A DNA stretch of 64,000 nt. It comes from Eledone cirrhosa (lineage: Eukaryota). The stretch is from assembly GCA_964016885.1 (NCBI GenBank), contig OZ024741.1, positions 8,618,001 to 8,682,000 of the forward strand. Direction: 5' to 3'. A program made the position numbers and the translations under genes. Shown here in pieces: positions 25,787-40,320 of the stretch. Position 1 is the first letter of the stretch; each line of letters opens with the position of its first letter. The notes below the pieces were generated by a model, which was given only the letters and a program-made list of their open reading frames with translations, was not told where the DNA came from and did not search any database.

Positions 25787-28700
25787 ACATAGTGGAGGTT
25801 TTAATCACCTCCATGTACAACATAGTCGAGGTTTTAGTCACCTCTATGTACACCATAGTCGAGGGTTTAGTCACCTCCATGTACAACATAGTGGAGGTTT
25901 TTGTCACCTACATGTACAACATAGTCGAGGTTTTAGTCACCTCCATGTACAACATAGTGGAGGTTTTAGTCACCTCCATGTACAACATAATCGAGATTTT
26001 AGTCACCTCCATGTACACCATAGTGGAGGTTTTAGTCACCTCCATGTACACCATAGTCGAGGTTTTAGTCAACTCCATGTACAACATAGTGGAGGTTTTA
26101 GTCACCTCCATGTACACCATAGTCGAGGGTTTAGTCACCTCCATGTACAACATAGTGGAGGTTTTAGTCACATCCATGTACAACAATAGTGGAGGTTTTA
26201 GTCACCTCCATGTACAACATAGTCGAGGTTTTAGTCACCTCCATGTACAACATAGTCGAGGTTTTAGTCACCTCCATGTACACCATAGTGGAGGTTTTAG
26301 TCACCTCCATGTACACCATAGTCGAGGTTTTAGTCAACTCCATGTACAACATAGTGGAGGTTTCAGTCACCTCCATGTACACCATAGTCGAGGTTTTAGT
26401 CACCACCATGTACAACATAGTGGAGGTTTTAGTCAACTCCATGTACAACATAGTGGAGGTCTTAGTCACCTCCATGTACAAAACAGTCGAGGTTTTAATC
26501 ACTTCCATGTACAACATAGTCGAGGTTTTAGTCACCTCCATGTACACAATAGTCGAGATTTTAGTTAACTCCATGTACAACATAGTCGAGGTTTTAGTCA
26601 CCTCCATGTACAACATAGTCGAGGTTTTAGTCACCTCCATGTACAACATAATCAAGGTTTTATTCACCTCCATGTACACCATAGTCGAGGTTTTAGTCAC
26701 CTCCATGTACAACATAGTGGAGGTTTTAGTCAACTCCATGTACAACATAGTGGAGGTCTTAGTCACCTCCATGTACAACAAATTCGAGGTTTTAATCACT
26801 TCCATGTACAACATAGTCGAGGTTTTAGTCACCTCCATGTACAACATAGTGGAGGTCTTAGTCACCTCCATGTACAACATAGTCGAGGTTTTAGTCACCT
26901 CCATTACAAAGTAGTGGAGGTTTTAGTCACCTTTATGTACAACATAGTCGAGGTTTTAGTCACCTCTATGTACAACATAGTCGAGGTTTTAGTCACCCCA
27001 TGTACAGCATAGTCGAGGTTTTAGTCACCTCCATGTACAACATAGTAGAGGTTTTAGTCACCTCCATGTCCAACATAGTGGAGGATTTAGTCACCTCCAT
27101 GTACAACATAGTCGGAGTTTCTGTCACCTCCATGTACAACATAGTGGAGGTTTTAGTCACCTCCATGTACACCATAGTCGAGGTTTTAGTCACCTCCATG
27201 TACAACATAGTCGAGGTTTTAGTCACCTCTATGTACAACATAGTCGACGTTTTAGTCACCTCCATGTACAACGTAGTCGAGGTTTTAGTTACCTCCATGT
27301 ACAACATAGTCGAGGTTTTAATCAACTCCATGTACAACATAGTCGAGGTTTTAGTCACCTCCATGTACACCATAGTCGAGGGTTTAGTCACCTCCATGTA
27401 CAACATAGTGGAGGTTTTAGTCACATCCATGTACAACAATAGTGGTGGTTTTAGTCACCTCCATGTACAACATAGTCGAGGTTTTAGTCACCTCCATGTA
27501 AAACATAGTGGAGGTTTTAGTAACCTCCATGTACAACATAGTCGAGGTTTTTGTCACCTCCATGTACAAAATAGTGGAGGTTTTAGTCACCTCCATGTAC
27601 AACATAGTCGAGGTTTTAGTCACCTCCATGTACAACATAGTGGAGGTTTCAGTCACCTCCACGTACAACATAGTGGAGGTTTTAGTCACCTCCATGTACA
27701 CCATAGTCGAAGTTTTAGTCACCTCCATGTACAACATAGTGTAGGTTTTAGTCACCTTCATATACAACATAGTGGAGGTCTTAGTCACCTGCATGTACAA
27801 CACAGTCGAGGTTTTAATCACTTCCATGTACAACATAGTCGAGGTTTTAGTCACCTCCATGTACAACATAGTGGAGGTTTCAGTCACCTCCATGTACAAC
27901 ATAGTCGAGGTTTTAGTCACCCCCATTACAAAGTAGTGGAAGTTTTAGTCAACTCCATGTACAACATAGTGGAGGTTTTAGTCACCTCCATGTACACCAT
28001 AGTCGAGGGTTTACTCACCTCCATGTACAACATAGTCGAAATTTTAGTCACCTCCATGTACACCATAGTGGAGATTTTAGTCAACTCCATGTACAACATG
28101 GTCGAGGTTTTAGTTACCTCCATGTACAACATAGTCGAGGTTTTTGTCACCTCCATGTACAACATAGTGGAGATTTTAGTCACCTCCATGTACAACATAG
28201 TGGAGATTTTAGTCACCTCCATGTACAACATAGTCGAGATTTTAGTCACCTCCATGTACAACATAGTGGAGATTTTAGTCACCTCCATGTACAACATAGG
28301 TGATGTTTTAGTCACCTACATGTACAACATAGTGGAGGTTTTAGTCACCTCCATGTACACCATAGTGGAGGTTTCAGTCACCTCCATGTACACCATAGTC
28401 GAGGTTTTAGTCACCTCCATGTACAACATAGTCGAGGTTTTAGTCACCTCCATGTACAACATAGTGGAGGGTTTAGTCACCTCCATGTACACCATAGTCG
28501 AGGTTTTAGTCACCTCCATGTACAACATAGTCGAGGTTTTAGTCACCTCTATGTACAACTTAATCGACGTTTTCGTCACCTCCATGTACAACGTAGTTGA
28601 GGTTTTAGTCACCTCCATGTACAACATAGTCGAGGTTTTAATCACCTCCATGTACAACATAGTGGAGATTTTAGTCACCTCCATGTACACCATAGGCGAG

Positions 28701-30502
28701 GTTTTAGTCACCTCCATGTACAACAAAGAGGAGGTTTTAGTTACATCCATGTACAACATAGTCGAGGTTTTAGTCACCACCATGTACAACATAGTCGAGG
28801 TTTTAGTCACCTCCATGTACAACATAGTCGAGATTTTAGTCACCTCCATGTACACCATAATGGCGGTTTTAGTCACCTCCATGTACAACATAGTCGAGGT
28901 TTTAGTCACCTCCATGTACAAAATAGTCGAGGTTTTACTCACCTCCATGTACAACATAATCAAGGTTTTAGTCACCTCCATGTACACCATAGTCGAGGTT
29001 TTAGTCACCTCCATGTACAACATAGTCGAGGTTTTAGTCACCTCCATTACAAAAAATAGTTGAGGTTTTAGTCACCTCTATGTACAACATATTCGAGGTT
29101 TTAGTCACCTCTATGTACAACATAGTCGAGGTTTTAGTCACCCCATGTACAACATAGTCGAGGTTTTAGTCACCTCCATGTACAACATAGTCGAGGTTTT
29201 AGTCACCTCCATGTACAACATAGTAGAGGTTTTAGTCACCTTCATGTACAACATAGTGGAGGTTTTAGTCACCTCCATGTACAACATAGTCGAAGTTTCA
29301 GTCACCTCCATGTACAACATAGTGGAGGTTTTAGTCACCTCCATGTACACCATAGTGGAGGTTTTAGTCAACTCCATGTACAACATAGTGGAGGTTTTAG
29401 TCACCTCCATGTACACCATAGTCGAGGGTTTAGTCACCTCCATGTACAACATAGTGGAGGTTTTAATCACCTCCATGTACAACATAGTCGAGATTTTAGT
29501 CACCTACATGTACAACATAGTTGAGGTTTTAGTCACCTCCATGTACAACATAGTCGAGGTTTTAGTCACCTCCATGTACAACATAGTGGATGTTTTAGTC
29601 ACCTCCATGTACAACATAGTGGAGGTTTTAGTCACCTCCATGTACAACATAGTGGAGGTTTTAGTCACCTCCATGTACAACATAGTCGAGGTTTTAGTCA
29701 CCTCCATGTACAACATATTCGAGGTTTTAGTCACCTCCATGTACAACTTGTCGAGGTTTTAGTCACCTCCATGTACAACATAGTCGAGGTTTTAGTCACC
29801 TCCATGTACAACATAGTGGAGGTTTTACTCACCTCCATGTGCACCATAGTGGAGGTTTTAGTCACCTCCATGTACACCATAGTCGAGGTTTTAGTCACCT
29901 CCATGTACACCATAGTCGAGGTTTTAGTCACCTCCATGTACAACATAGTCGAGGTTTTAGTCACCTATATGTACAACATATTCGACGTTTTAGTCAACTC
30001 CATGTACAACGTAGTCGAGGTTTTAGTCACCTCCATGTACAACATAGTGGAGGTTTTAATCACCTCCATGTACAACATAGTCGAGGTTTTAGTCACCTCT
30101 ATGTACACCATAGTCGAGGGTTTAGTCACCTCCATGTACAACATAGTGGAGGTTTTTGTCACCTACATGTACAACATAGTCGAGGTTTTAGTCACCTCCA
30201 TGTACAACATAGTGGAGGTTTTAGTCACCTCCATGTACAACATAATCGAGATTTTAGTCACCTCCATGTACACCATAGTGGAGGTTTTAGTCACCTCCAT
30301 GTACACCATAGTCGAGGTTTTAGTCAACTCCATGTACAACATAGTGGAGGTTTTAGTCACCTCCATGTACACCATAGTCGAGGGTTTAGTCACCTCCATG
30401 TACAACATAGTGGAGGTTTTAGTCACATCCATGTACAACAATAGTGGAGGTTTTAGTCACCTCCATGTACAACATAGTCGAGGTTTTAGTCACCTCCATG
30501 TA
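22084..30502. repeat. 4,255-bp offset duplication (~22084-26247 / ~26339-30502)
   Basis: Offset 4255 at 22745/27000, 24061/28316, 25516/29771 and 25908/30163. There are a few private substitutions, e.g. G>T at 29061. Confidence 0.9.
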
Positions 30503-33500
30503 AAACATAGTGGAGGTTTTTGTCACCTACATGTACAACATAGTCGAGGTTTTTGTCACCTCCATGTACAACATAGTCGAGGTTTTAGTCACCTCCATGT
30601 ACAACATAGTGGAGGTTTCAGTCACCTCCATGTACAACATAGTGGAGGTTTTAGTCACCTCCATGTACACCATAGTCGAGGGTTTAGTCACCTCCATGTA
30701 CAACATAGTGGAGGTTTTAGTCACATCCATGTACAACAATAGTGGAGGTTTTAGTCACCTCCATGTACAACATAGTCGAGGTTTTAGTCACCTCCATGTA
30801 AAACATAGTCGAGGTTTTAGTCACCTCCATGTACAACATAGTGGAGGTTTCAGTCACCTCCATGTACACCATAGTCGAGGTTTTAGTCACCACCATGTAC
30901 AACATAGTCGAGGTTTTAGTCACCTCCATGTACAACATAGTTGAGGTTTTAGTCACCTCCATGTACAACATAGTCGAGGTTTTAGTCACCTCCATGTACA
31001 ACATAGTCGAAGTTTCAGTCACCTCCATGTACACCATAGTGGAGGTTTTAGTCAACTCCATGTACAACATAGTCGAGGTCTTAGTCACCTCCATGTACAA
31101 CATAGTCGAGGTTTTAGTCACTTCAATGTACAATATAATCAAGGTTTTAGTCACATCCATGTACACCATAGTCGAGGTTTTAGTCACCTCCATGTACAAC
31201 ATAGTGGAGGTTTTAGTCAACTCCATGTACAACATAGTGGAGGTCTTAGTCACCTCCATGTACAACACAGTCGAGGTTTTAATCACTTCCATGTACAACA
31301 TAGTCGAGGTTTTAGTCACCTCCATGTACACAATAGTCGAGATTTTAGTTAACTCCATGTACAACATAGTCGAGGTTTTAGTCACCTCCATGTACAACAT
31401 AGTCGAGGTTTTAGTCACCTCCATGTACAACATAATCAAGGTTTTATTCACCTCCATGTACACCATAGTCGAGGTTTTAGTCACCTCCATGTACAACATA
31501 GTGGAGGTTTTAGTCAACTCCATGTACAACATAGTGGAGGTCTTAGTCACCTCCATGTACAACAAATTCGAGGTTTTAATCACTTCCATGTACAACATAG
31601 TCGAGGTTTTAGTCACCTCCATGTACAACATAGTGGAGGTCTTAGACACCTCCATGTACAAAATAGTCGAGGTTTTAGTCACCTCCATTACAAAGTAGTG
31701 GAGGTTTTAGTCACCTTTATGTACAACATAGTCGAGGTTTTAGTCACCTCTATGTACAACATAGTCGAGGTTTTAGTCACCCCATGTACAGCATAGTCGA
31801 GGTTTTAGTCACCTCCATGTACAACATAGTAGAGGTTTTAGTCACCTCCATGTCCAACATAGTGGAGGATTTAGTCACCTCCATGTACAACATAGTCGGA
31901 GTTTCTGTCACCTCCATGTACAACATAGTGGAGGTTTTAGTCACCTCCATGTACACCATAGTCGAGGTTTTAGTCACCTCCATGTACAACATAGTCGAGG
32001 TTTTAGTCACCTCTATGTACAACATAGTCGACGTTTTAGTCACCTCCATGTACAACGTAGTCGAGGTTTTAGTTACCTCCATGTACAACATAGTCGAGGT
32101 TTTAATCAACTCCATGTACAACATAGTCGAGGTTTTAGTCACCTCCATGTACACCATAGTCGAGGGTTTAGTCACCTCCATGTACAACATAGTGGAGGTT
32201 TTAGTCACCTCCATGTACACCATAGTCGAGGTTTTAGTCACCTCCATGTACAACATAGTCGAGGTTTTAGTCACCTCCATTACAAAAAATAGTTGAGGTT
32301 TTAGTCACCTCTATGTACAACATATTCGAGGTTTTAGTCACCTCTATGTACAACATAGTCGAGGTTTTAGTCACCCCATGTACAACATAGTCGAGGTTTT
32401 AGTCACCTCCATGTACAACATAGTCGAGATTTTAGTCACCTCCATGTACACCATAATGGCGGTTTTAGTCACCTCCATGTACAACATAGTCGAGGTTTTA
32501 GTCACCTCCATGTACAAAATAGTCGAGGTTTTACTCACCTCCATGTACAACATAATCAAGGTTTTAGTCACCTCCATGTACACCATAGTCGAGGTTTTAG
32601 TCACCTCCATGTACAACATAGTCGAGGTTTTAGTCACCTCCATTACAAAAAATAGTGGAGGTTTTAGTCACCTCTATGTACAACATATTCGAGGTTTTAG
32701 TCACCTCTATGTACAACATAGTCGAGGTTTTAGTCACCCCATGTACAACATAGTCGAGGTTTTAGTCACCTCCATGTACAACATAGTCGAGGTTTTAGTC
32801 ACCTCCATGTACAACATAGTAGAGGTTTTAGTCACCTTCATGTACAACATAGTGGAGGTTTTAGTCACCTCCATGTACAACATAGTCGAAGTTTCAGTCA
32901 CCTCCATGTACAACATAGTGGAGGTTTTAGTCACCTCCATGTACACCATAGTGGAGGTTTTAGTCAACTCCATGTACAACATAGTGGAGGTTTTAGTCAC
33001 CTCCATGTACACCATAGTCGAGGGTTTAGTCACCTCCATGTACAACATAGTGGAGGTTTTAATCACCTCCATGTACAACATAGTCGAGATTTTAGTCACC
33101 TACATGTACAACATAGTTGAGGTTTTAGTCACCTCCATGTACAACATAGTCGAGGTTTTAGTCACCTCCATGTACAACATAGTTGATGTTTTAGTCACCT
33201 CCATGTACAACATAGTGGAGGTTTTAGTCACCTCCATGTACAACATAGTGGAGGTTTTAGTCACCTCCATGTACAACATAGTCGAGGTTTTAGTCACCTC
33301 CATGTACAACATATTCGAGGTTTTAGTCACCTCCATGTACAACTTGTCGAGGTTTTAGTCACCTCCATGTACAACATAGTCGAGGTTTTAGTCACCTCCA
33401 TGTACAACATAGTGGAGGTTTTACTCACCTCCATGTGCACCATAGTGGAGGTTTTAGTCACCTCCATGTACACCATAGTCGAGGTTTTAGTCACCTCCAT

Positions 33501-36500
33501 GTACACCATAGTCGAGGTTTTAGTCACCTCCATGTACAACATAGTCGAGGTTTTAGTCACCTATATGTACAACATATTCGACGTTTTAGTCAACTCCATG
33601 TACAACGTAGTCGAGGTTTTAGTCACCTCCATGTACAACATAGTGGAGGTTTTAATCACCTCCATGTACAACATAGTCGAGGTTTTAGTCACCTCTATGT
33701 ACACCATAGTCGAGGGTTTAGTCACCTCCATGTACAACATAGTGGAGGTTTTTGTCACCTACATGTACAACATAGTCGAGGTTTTAGTCACCTCCATGTA
33801 CAACATAGTGGAGGTTTTAGTCACCTCCATGTACAACATAATCGAGATTTTAGTCACCTCCATGTACACCATAGTGGAGGTTTTAGTCACCTCCATGTAC
33901 ACCATAGTCGAGGTTTTAGTCAACTCCATGTACAACATAGTGGAGGTTTTAGTCACCTCCATGTACACCATAGTCGAGGGTTTAGTCACCTCCATGTACA
34001 ACATAGTGGAGGTTTTAGTCACATCCATGTACAACAATAGTGGAGGTTTTAGTCACCTCCATGTACAACATAGTCGAGGTTTTAGTCACCTCCATGTACA
34101 ACATAGTCGAGGTTTTAGTCACCTCCATGTACACCATAGTGGAGGTTTTAGTCACCTCCATGTACACCATAGTCGAGGTTTTAGTCAACTCCATGTACAA
34201 CATAGTGGAGGTTTCAGTCACCTCCATGTACACCATAGTCGAGGTTTTAGTCACCACCATGTACAACATAGTGGAGGTTTTAGTCAACTCCATGTACAAC
34301 ATAGTGGAGGTCTTAGTCACCTCCATGTACAAAACAGTCGAGGTTTTAATCACTTCCATGTACAACATAGTCGAGGTTTTAGTCACCTCCATGTACACAA
34401 TAGTCGAGATTTTAGTTAACTCCATGTACAACATAGTCGAGGTTTTAGTCACCTCCATGTACAACATAGTCGAGGTTTTAGTCACCTCCATGTACAACAT
34501 AATCAAGGTTTTATTCACCTCCATGTACACCATAGTCGAGGTTTTAGTCACCTCCATGTACAACATAGTGGAGGTTTTAGTCAACTCCATGTACAACATA
34601 GTGGAGGTCTTAGTCACCTCCATGTACAACAAATTCGAGGTTTTAATCACTTCCATGTACAACATAGTGAGGTTTTAGTCACCTCCATGTACAACATAGT
34701 GGAGGTCTTAGTCACCTCCATGTACAACATAGTCGAGGTTTTAGTCACCTCCATTACAAAGTAGTGGAGGTTTTAGTCACCTTTATGTACAACATAGTCG
34801 AGGTTTTAGTCACCTCTATGTACAACATAGTCGAGGTTTTAGTCACCCCATGTACAGCATAGTCGAGGTTTTAGTCACCTCCATGTACAACATAGTAGAG
34901 GTTTTAGTCACCTCCATGTCCAACATAGTGGAGGATTTAGTCACCTCCATGTACAACATAGTCGGAGTTTCTGTCACCTCCATGTACAACATAGTGGAGG
35001 TTTTAGTCACCTCCATGTACACCATAGTCGAGGTTTTAGTCACCTCCATGTACAACATAGTCGAGGTTTTAGTCACCTCTATGTACAACATAGTCGACGT
35101 TTTAGTCACCTCCATGTACAACGTAGTCGAGGTTTTAGTTACCTCCATGTACAACATAGTCGAGGTTTTAATCAACTCCATGTACAACATAGTCGAGGTT
35201 TTAGTCACCTCCATGTACACCATAGTCGAGGGTTTAGTCACCTCCATGTACAACATAGTCGAGGTTTTAGTCACCTCCATGTAAAACATAGTGGAGGTTT
35301 TAGTAACCTCCATGTACAACATAGTCGAGGTTTTTGTCACCTCCATGTACAAAATAGTGGAGGTTTTAGTCACCTCCATGTACAACATAGTCGAGGTTTT
35401 AGTCACCTCCATGTACAACATAGTGGAGGTTTCAGTCACCTCCACGTACAACATAGTGGAGGTTTTAGTCACCTCCATGTACACCATAGTCGAAGTTTTA
35501 GTCACCTCCATGTACAACATAGTGTAGGTTTTAGTCACCTTCATATACAACATAGTGGAGGTCTTAGTCACCTGCATGTACAACACAGTCGAGGTTTTAA
35601 TCACTTCCATGTACAACATAGTCGAGGTTTTAGTCACCTCCATGTACAACATAGTGGAGGTTTCAGTCACCTCCATGTACAACATAGTCGAGGTTTTAGT
35701 CACCCCCATTACAAAGTAGTGGAAGTTTTAGTCAACTCCATGTACAACATAGTGGAGGTTTTAGTCACCTCCATGTACACCATAGTCGAGGGTTTACTCA
35801 CCTCCATGTACAACATAGTCGAAATTTTAGTCACCTCCATGTACACCATAGTGGAGATTTTAGTCAACTCCATGTACAACATGGTCGAGGTTTTAGTTAC
35901 CTCCATGTACAACATAGTCGAGGTTTTTGTCACCTCCATGTACAACATAGTGGAGATTTTAGTCACCTCCATGTACAACATAGTGGAGATTTTAGTCACC
36001 TCCATGTACAACATAGTCGAGATTTTAGTCACCTCCATGTACAACATAGTGGAGATTTTAGTCACCTCCATGTACAACATAGGTGATGTTTTAGTCACCT
36101 ACATGTACAACATAGTGGAGGTTTTAGTCACCTCCATGTACACCATAGTGGAGGTTTCAGTCACCTCCATGTACACCATAGTCGAGGTTTTAGTCACCTC
36201 CATGTACAACATAGTCGAGGTTTTAGTCACCTCCATGTACAACATAGTGGAGGGTTTAGTCACCTCCATGTACACCATAGTCGAGGTTTTAGTCACCTCC
36301 ATGTACAACATAGTCGAGGTTTTAGTCACCTCTATGTACAACTTAATCGACGTTTTCGTCACCTCCATGTACAACGTAGTTGAGGTTTTAGTCACCTCCA
36401 TGTACAACATAGTCGAGGTTTTAATCACCTCCATGTACAACATAGTGGAGATTTTAGTCACCTCCATGTACACCATAGGCGAGGTTTTAGTCACCTCCAT

Positions 36501-39500
36501 GTACAACAAAGAGGAGGTTTTAGTTACATCCATGTACAACATAGTCGAGGTTTTAGTCACCACCATGTACAACATAGTCGAGGTTTTAGTCACCTCCATG
36601 TACAACATAGTCGAGATTTTAGTCACCTCCATGTACACCATAATGGCGGTTTTAGTCACCTCCATGTACAACATAGTCGAGGTTTTAGTCACCTCCATGT
36701 ACAACGTAGTTGAGGTTTTAGTCACCTCCATGTACAACATAGTCGAGGTTTTAATCACCTCCATGTACAACATAGTGGAGATTTTAGTCACCTCCATGTA
36801 CACCATAGGCGAGGTTTTAGTCACCTCCATGTACAACAAAGAGGAGGTTTTAGTTACATCCATGTACAACATAGTCGAGGTTTTAGTCACCACCATGTAC
36901 AACATAGTCGAGGTTTTAGTCACCTCCATGTACAACATAGTCGAGATTTTAGTCACCTCCATGTACACCATAATGGCGGTTTTAGTCACCTCCATGTACA
37001 ACATAGTCGAGGTTTTAGTCACCTCCATGTACAAAATAGTCGAGGTTTTACTCACCTCCATGTACAACATAATCAAGGTTTTAGTCACCTCCATGTACAC
37101 CATAGTCGAGGTTTTAGTCACCTCCATGTACAACATAGTCGAGGTTTTAGTCACCTCCATTACAAAAAATAGTTGAGGTTTTAGTCACCTCTATGTACAA
37201 CATATTCGAGGTTTTAGTCACCTCTATGTACAACATAGTCGAGGTTTTAGTCACCCCATGTACAACATAGTCGAGGTTTTAGTCACCTCCATGTACAACA
37301 TAGTCGAGGTTTTAGTCACCTCCATGTACAACATAGTAGAGGTTTTAGTCACCTTCATGTACAACATAGTGGAGGTTTTAGTCACCTCCATGTACAACAT
37401 AGTCGAAGTTTCAGTCACCTCCATGTACAACATAGTGGAGGTTTTAGTCACCTCCATGTACACCATAGTGGAGGTTTTAGTCAACTCCATGTACAACATA
37501 GTGGAGGTTTTAGTCACCTCCATGTACACCATAGTCGAGGGTTTAGTCACCTCCATGTACAACATAGTGGAGGTTTTAATCACCTCCATGTACAACATAG
37601 TCGAGATTTTAGTCACCTACATGTACAACATAGTTGAGGTTTTAGTCACCTCCATGTACAACATAGTCGAGGTTTTAGTCACCTCCATGTACAACATAGT
37701 GGATGTTTTAGTCACCTCCATGTACAACATAGTGGAGGTTTTAGTCACCTCCATGTACAACATAGTGGAGGTTTTAGTCACCTCCATGTACAACATAGTC
37801 GAGGTTTTAGTCACCTCCATGTACAACATATTCGAGGTTTTAGTCACCTCCATGTACAACTTGTCGAGGTTTTAGTCACCTCCATGTACAACATAGTCGA
37901 GGTTTTAGTCACCTCCATGTACAACATAGTGGAGGTTTTACTCACCTCCATGTGCACCATAGTGGAGGTTTTAGTCACCTCCATGTACACCATAGTCGAG
38001 GTTTTAGTCACCTCCATGTACACCATAGTCGAGGTTTTAGTCACCTCCATGTACAACATAGTCGAGGTTTTAGTCACCTATATGTACAACATATTCGACG
38101 TTTTAGTCAACTCCATGTACAACGTAGTCGAGGTTTTAGTCACCTCCATGTACAACATAGTGGAGGTTTTAATCACCTCCATGTACAACATAGTCGAGGT
38201 TTTAGTCACCTCTATGTACACCATAGTCGAGGGTTTAGTCACCTCCATGTACAACATAGTGGAGGTTTTTGTCACCTACATGTACAACATAGTCGAGGTT
38301 TTAGTCACCTCCATGTACAACATAGTGGAGGTTTTAGTCACCTCCATGTACAACATAATCGAGATTTTAGTCACCTCCATGTACACCATATTGGAGGTTT
38401 TAGTCACCTCCATGTACACCATAGTCGAGGTTTTAGTCAACTCCATGTACAACATAGTGGAGGTTTTAGTCACCTCCATGTACACCATAGTCGAGGGTTT
38501 AGTCACCTCCATGTACAACATAGTGGAGGTTTTAGTCACATCCATGTACAACAATAGTGGAGGTTTTAGTCACCTCCATGTACAACATAGTCGAGGTTTT
38601 AGTCACCTCCATGTAAAACATAGTGGAGGTTTTTGTCACCTACATGTACAACATAGTCGAGGTTTTTGTCACCTCCATGTACAACATAGTCGAGGTTTTA
38701 GTCACCTCCATGTACAACATAGTGGAGGTTTCAGTCACCTCCATGTACAACATAGTGGAGGTTTTAGTCACCTCCATGTACACCATAGTCGAGGTTTTAG
38801 TCACCTCCATGTACAACATAGTGTAGGTTTTAGTCACCTTCATGTACAACATAGTGGAGGTCTTAGTCACCTCCATGTACAACACAGTCGAGGTTTTAAT
38901 CACTTCCATGAACAACATAGTCGAGGTTTTAGTCACCTCCATGTACAACATAGTGGAGGTTTCAGTCACCTCCATGTACACCATAGTCGAGGTTTTAGTC
39001 ACCACCATGTACAACATAGTCGAGGTTTTAGTCACCTCCATGTACAACATAGTTGAGGTTTTAGTCACCTCCATGTACAACATAGTCGAGGTTTTAGTCA
39101 CCTCCATGTACAACATAGTCGAAGTTTCAGTCACCTCCATGTACACCATAGTGGAGGTTTTAGTCAACTCCATGTACAACATAGTCGAGGTCTTAGTCAC
39201 CTCCATGTACAACATAGTCGAGGTTTTAGTCACTTCAATGTACAATATAATCAAGGTTTTAGTCACATCCATGTACACCATAGTCGAGGTTTTAGTCACC
39301 TCCATGTACAACATAGTGGAGGTTTTAGTCAACTCCATGTACAACATAGTGGAGGTCTTAGTCACCTCCATGTACAACACAGTCGAGGTTTTAATCACTT
39401 CCATGTACAACATAGTCGAGGTTTTAGTCACCTCCATGTACACAATAGTCGAGATTTTAGTTAACTCCATGTACAACATAGTCGAGGTTTTAGTCACCTC

Positions 39501-40320
39501 CATGTACAACATAGTCGAGGTTTTAGTCACCTCCATGTACAACATAATCAAGGTTTTATTCACCTCCATGTACACCATAGTCGAGGTTTTAGTCACCTCC
39601 ATGTACAACATAGTGGAGGTTTTAGTCAACTCCATGTACAACATAGTGGAGGTCTTAGTCACCTCCATGTACAACAAATTCGAGGTTTTAATCACTTCCA
39701 TGTACAACATAGTCGAGGTTTTAGTCACCTCCATGTACAACATAGTGGAGGTCTTAGACACCTCCATGTACAAAATAGTCGAGGTTTTAGTCACCTCCAT
39801 TACAAAGTAGTGGAGGTTTTAGTCACCTTTATGTACAACATAGTCGAGGTTTTAGTCACCTCTATGTACAACATAGTCGAGGTTTTAGTCACCCCATGTA
39901 CAGCATAGTCGAGGTTTTAGTCACCTCCATGTACAACATAGTAGAGGTTTTAGTCACCTCCATGTCCAACATAGTGGAGGATTTAGTCACCTCCATGTAC
40001 AACATAGTCGGAGTTTCTGTCACCTCCATGTACAACATAGTGGAGGTTTTAGTCACCTCCATGTACACCATAGTCGAGGTTTTAGTCACCTCCATGTACA
40101 ACATAGTCGAGGTTTTAGTCACCTCTATGTACAACATAGTCGACGTTTTAGTCACCTCCATGTACAACGTAGTCGAGGTTTTAGTTACCTCCATGTACAA
40201 CATAGTCGAGGTTTTAATCAACTCCATGTACAACATAGTCGAGGTTTTAGTCACCTCCATGTACACCATAGTCGAGGGTTTAGTCACCTCCATGTACAAC
40301 ATAGTGGAGGTTTTAGTCAC
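24525..40320. repeat. About 7.85-8.1 kb duplication (~24525-32208 / ~32376-40320) with internal indels
   Basis: The offset steps from 7851 (25516/33367) to 7850 (27000/34850, 1-bp loss near 34669), 7783 (27508/35291, 67-bp loss), 8113 (29145/37258, 330-bp gain) and 8112 (31784/39896). Confidence 0.88.
36367..37026. repeat. 330-bp (10-monomer) tandem duplication, apparently exact
   Basis: The variant series AACGTAGTTGAG...ATAGGCGAG...AACAAAGAGG...ATAATGGCGG starts at 36367 and again at 36697. The paralogous blocks near 17.4, 24.3, 28.6 and 41.5 kb carry it once. Confidence 0.93.
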
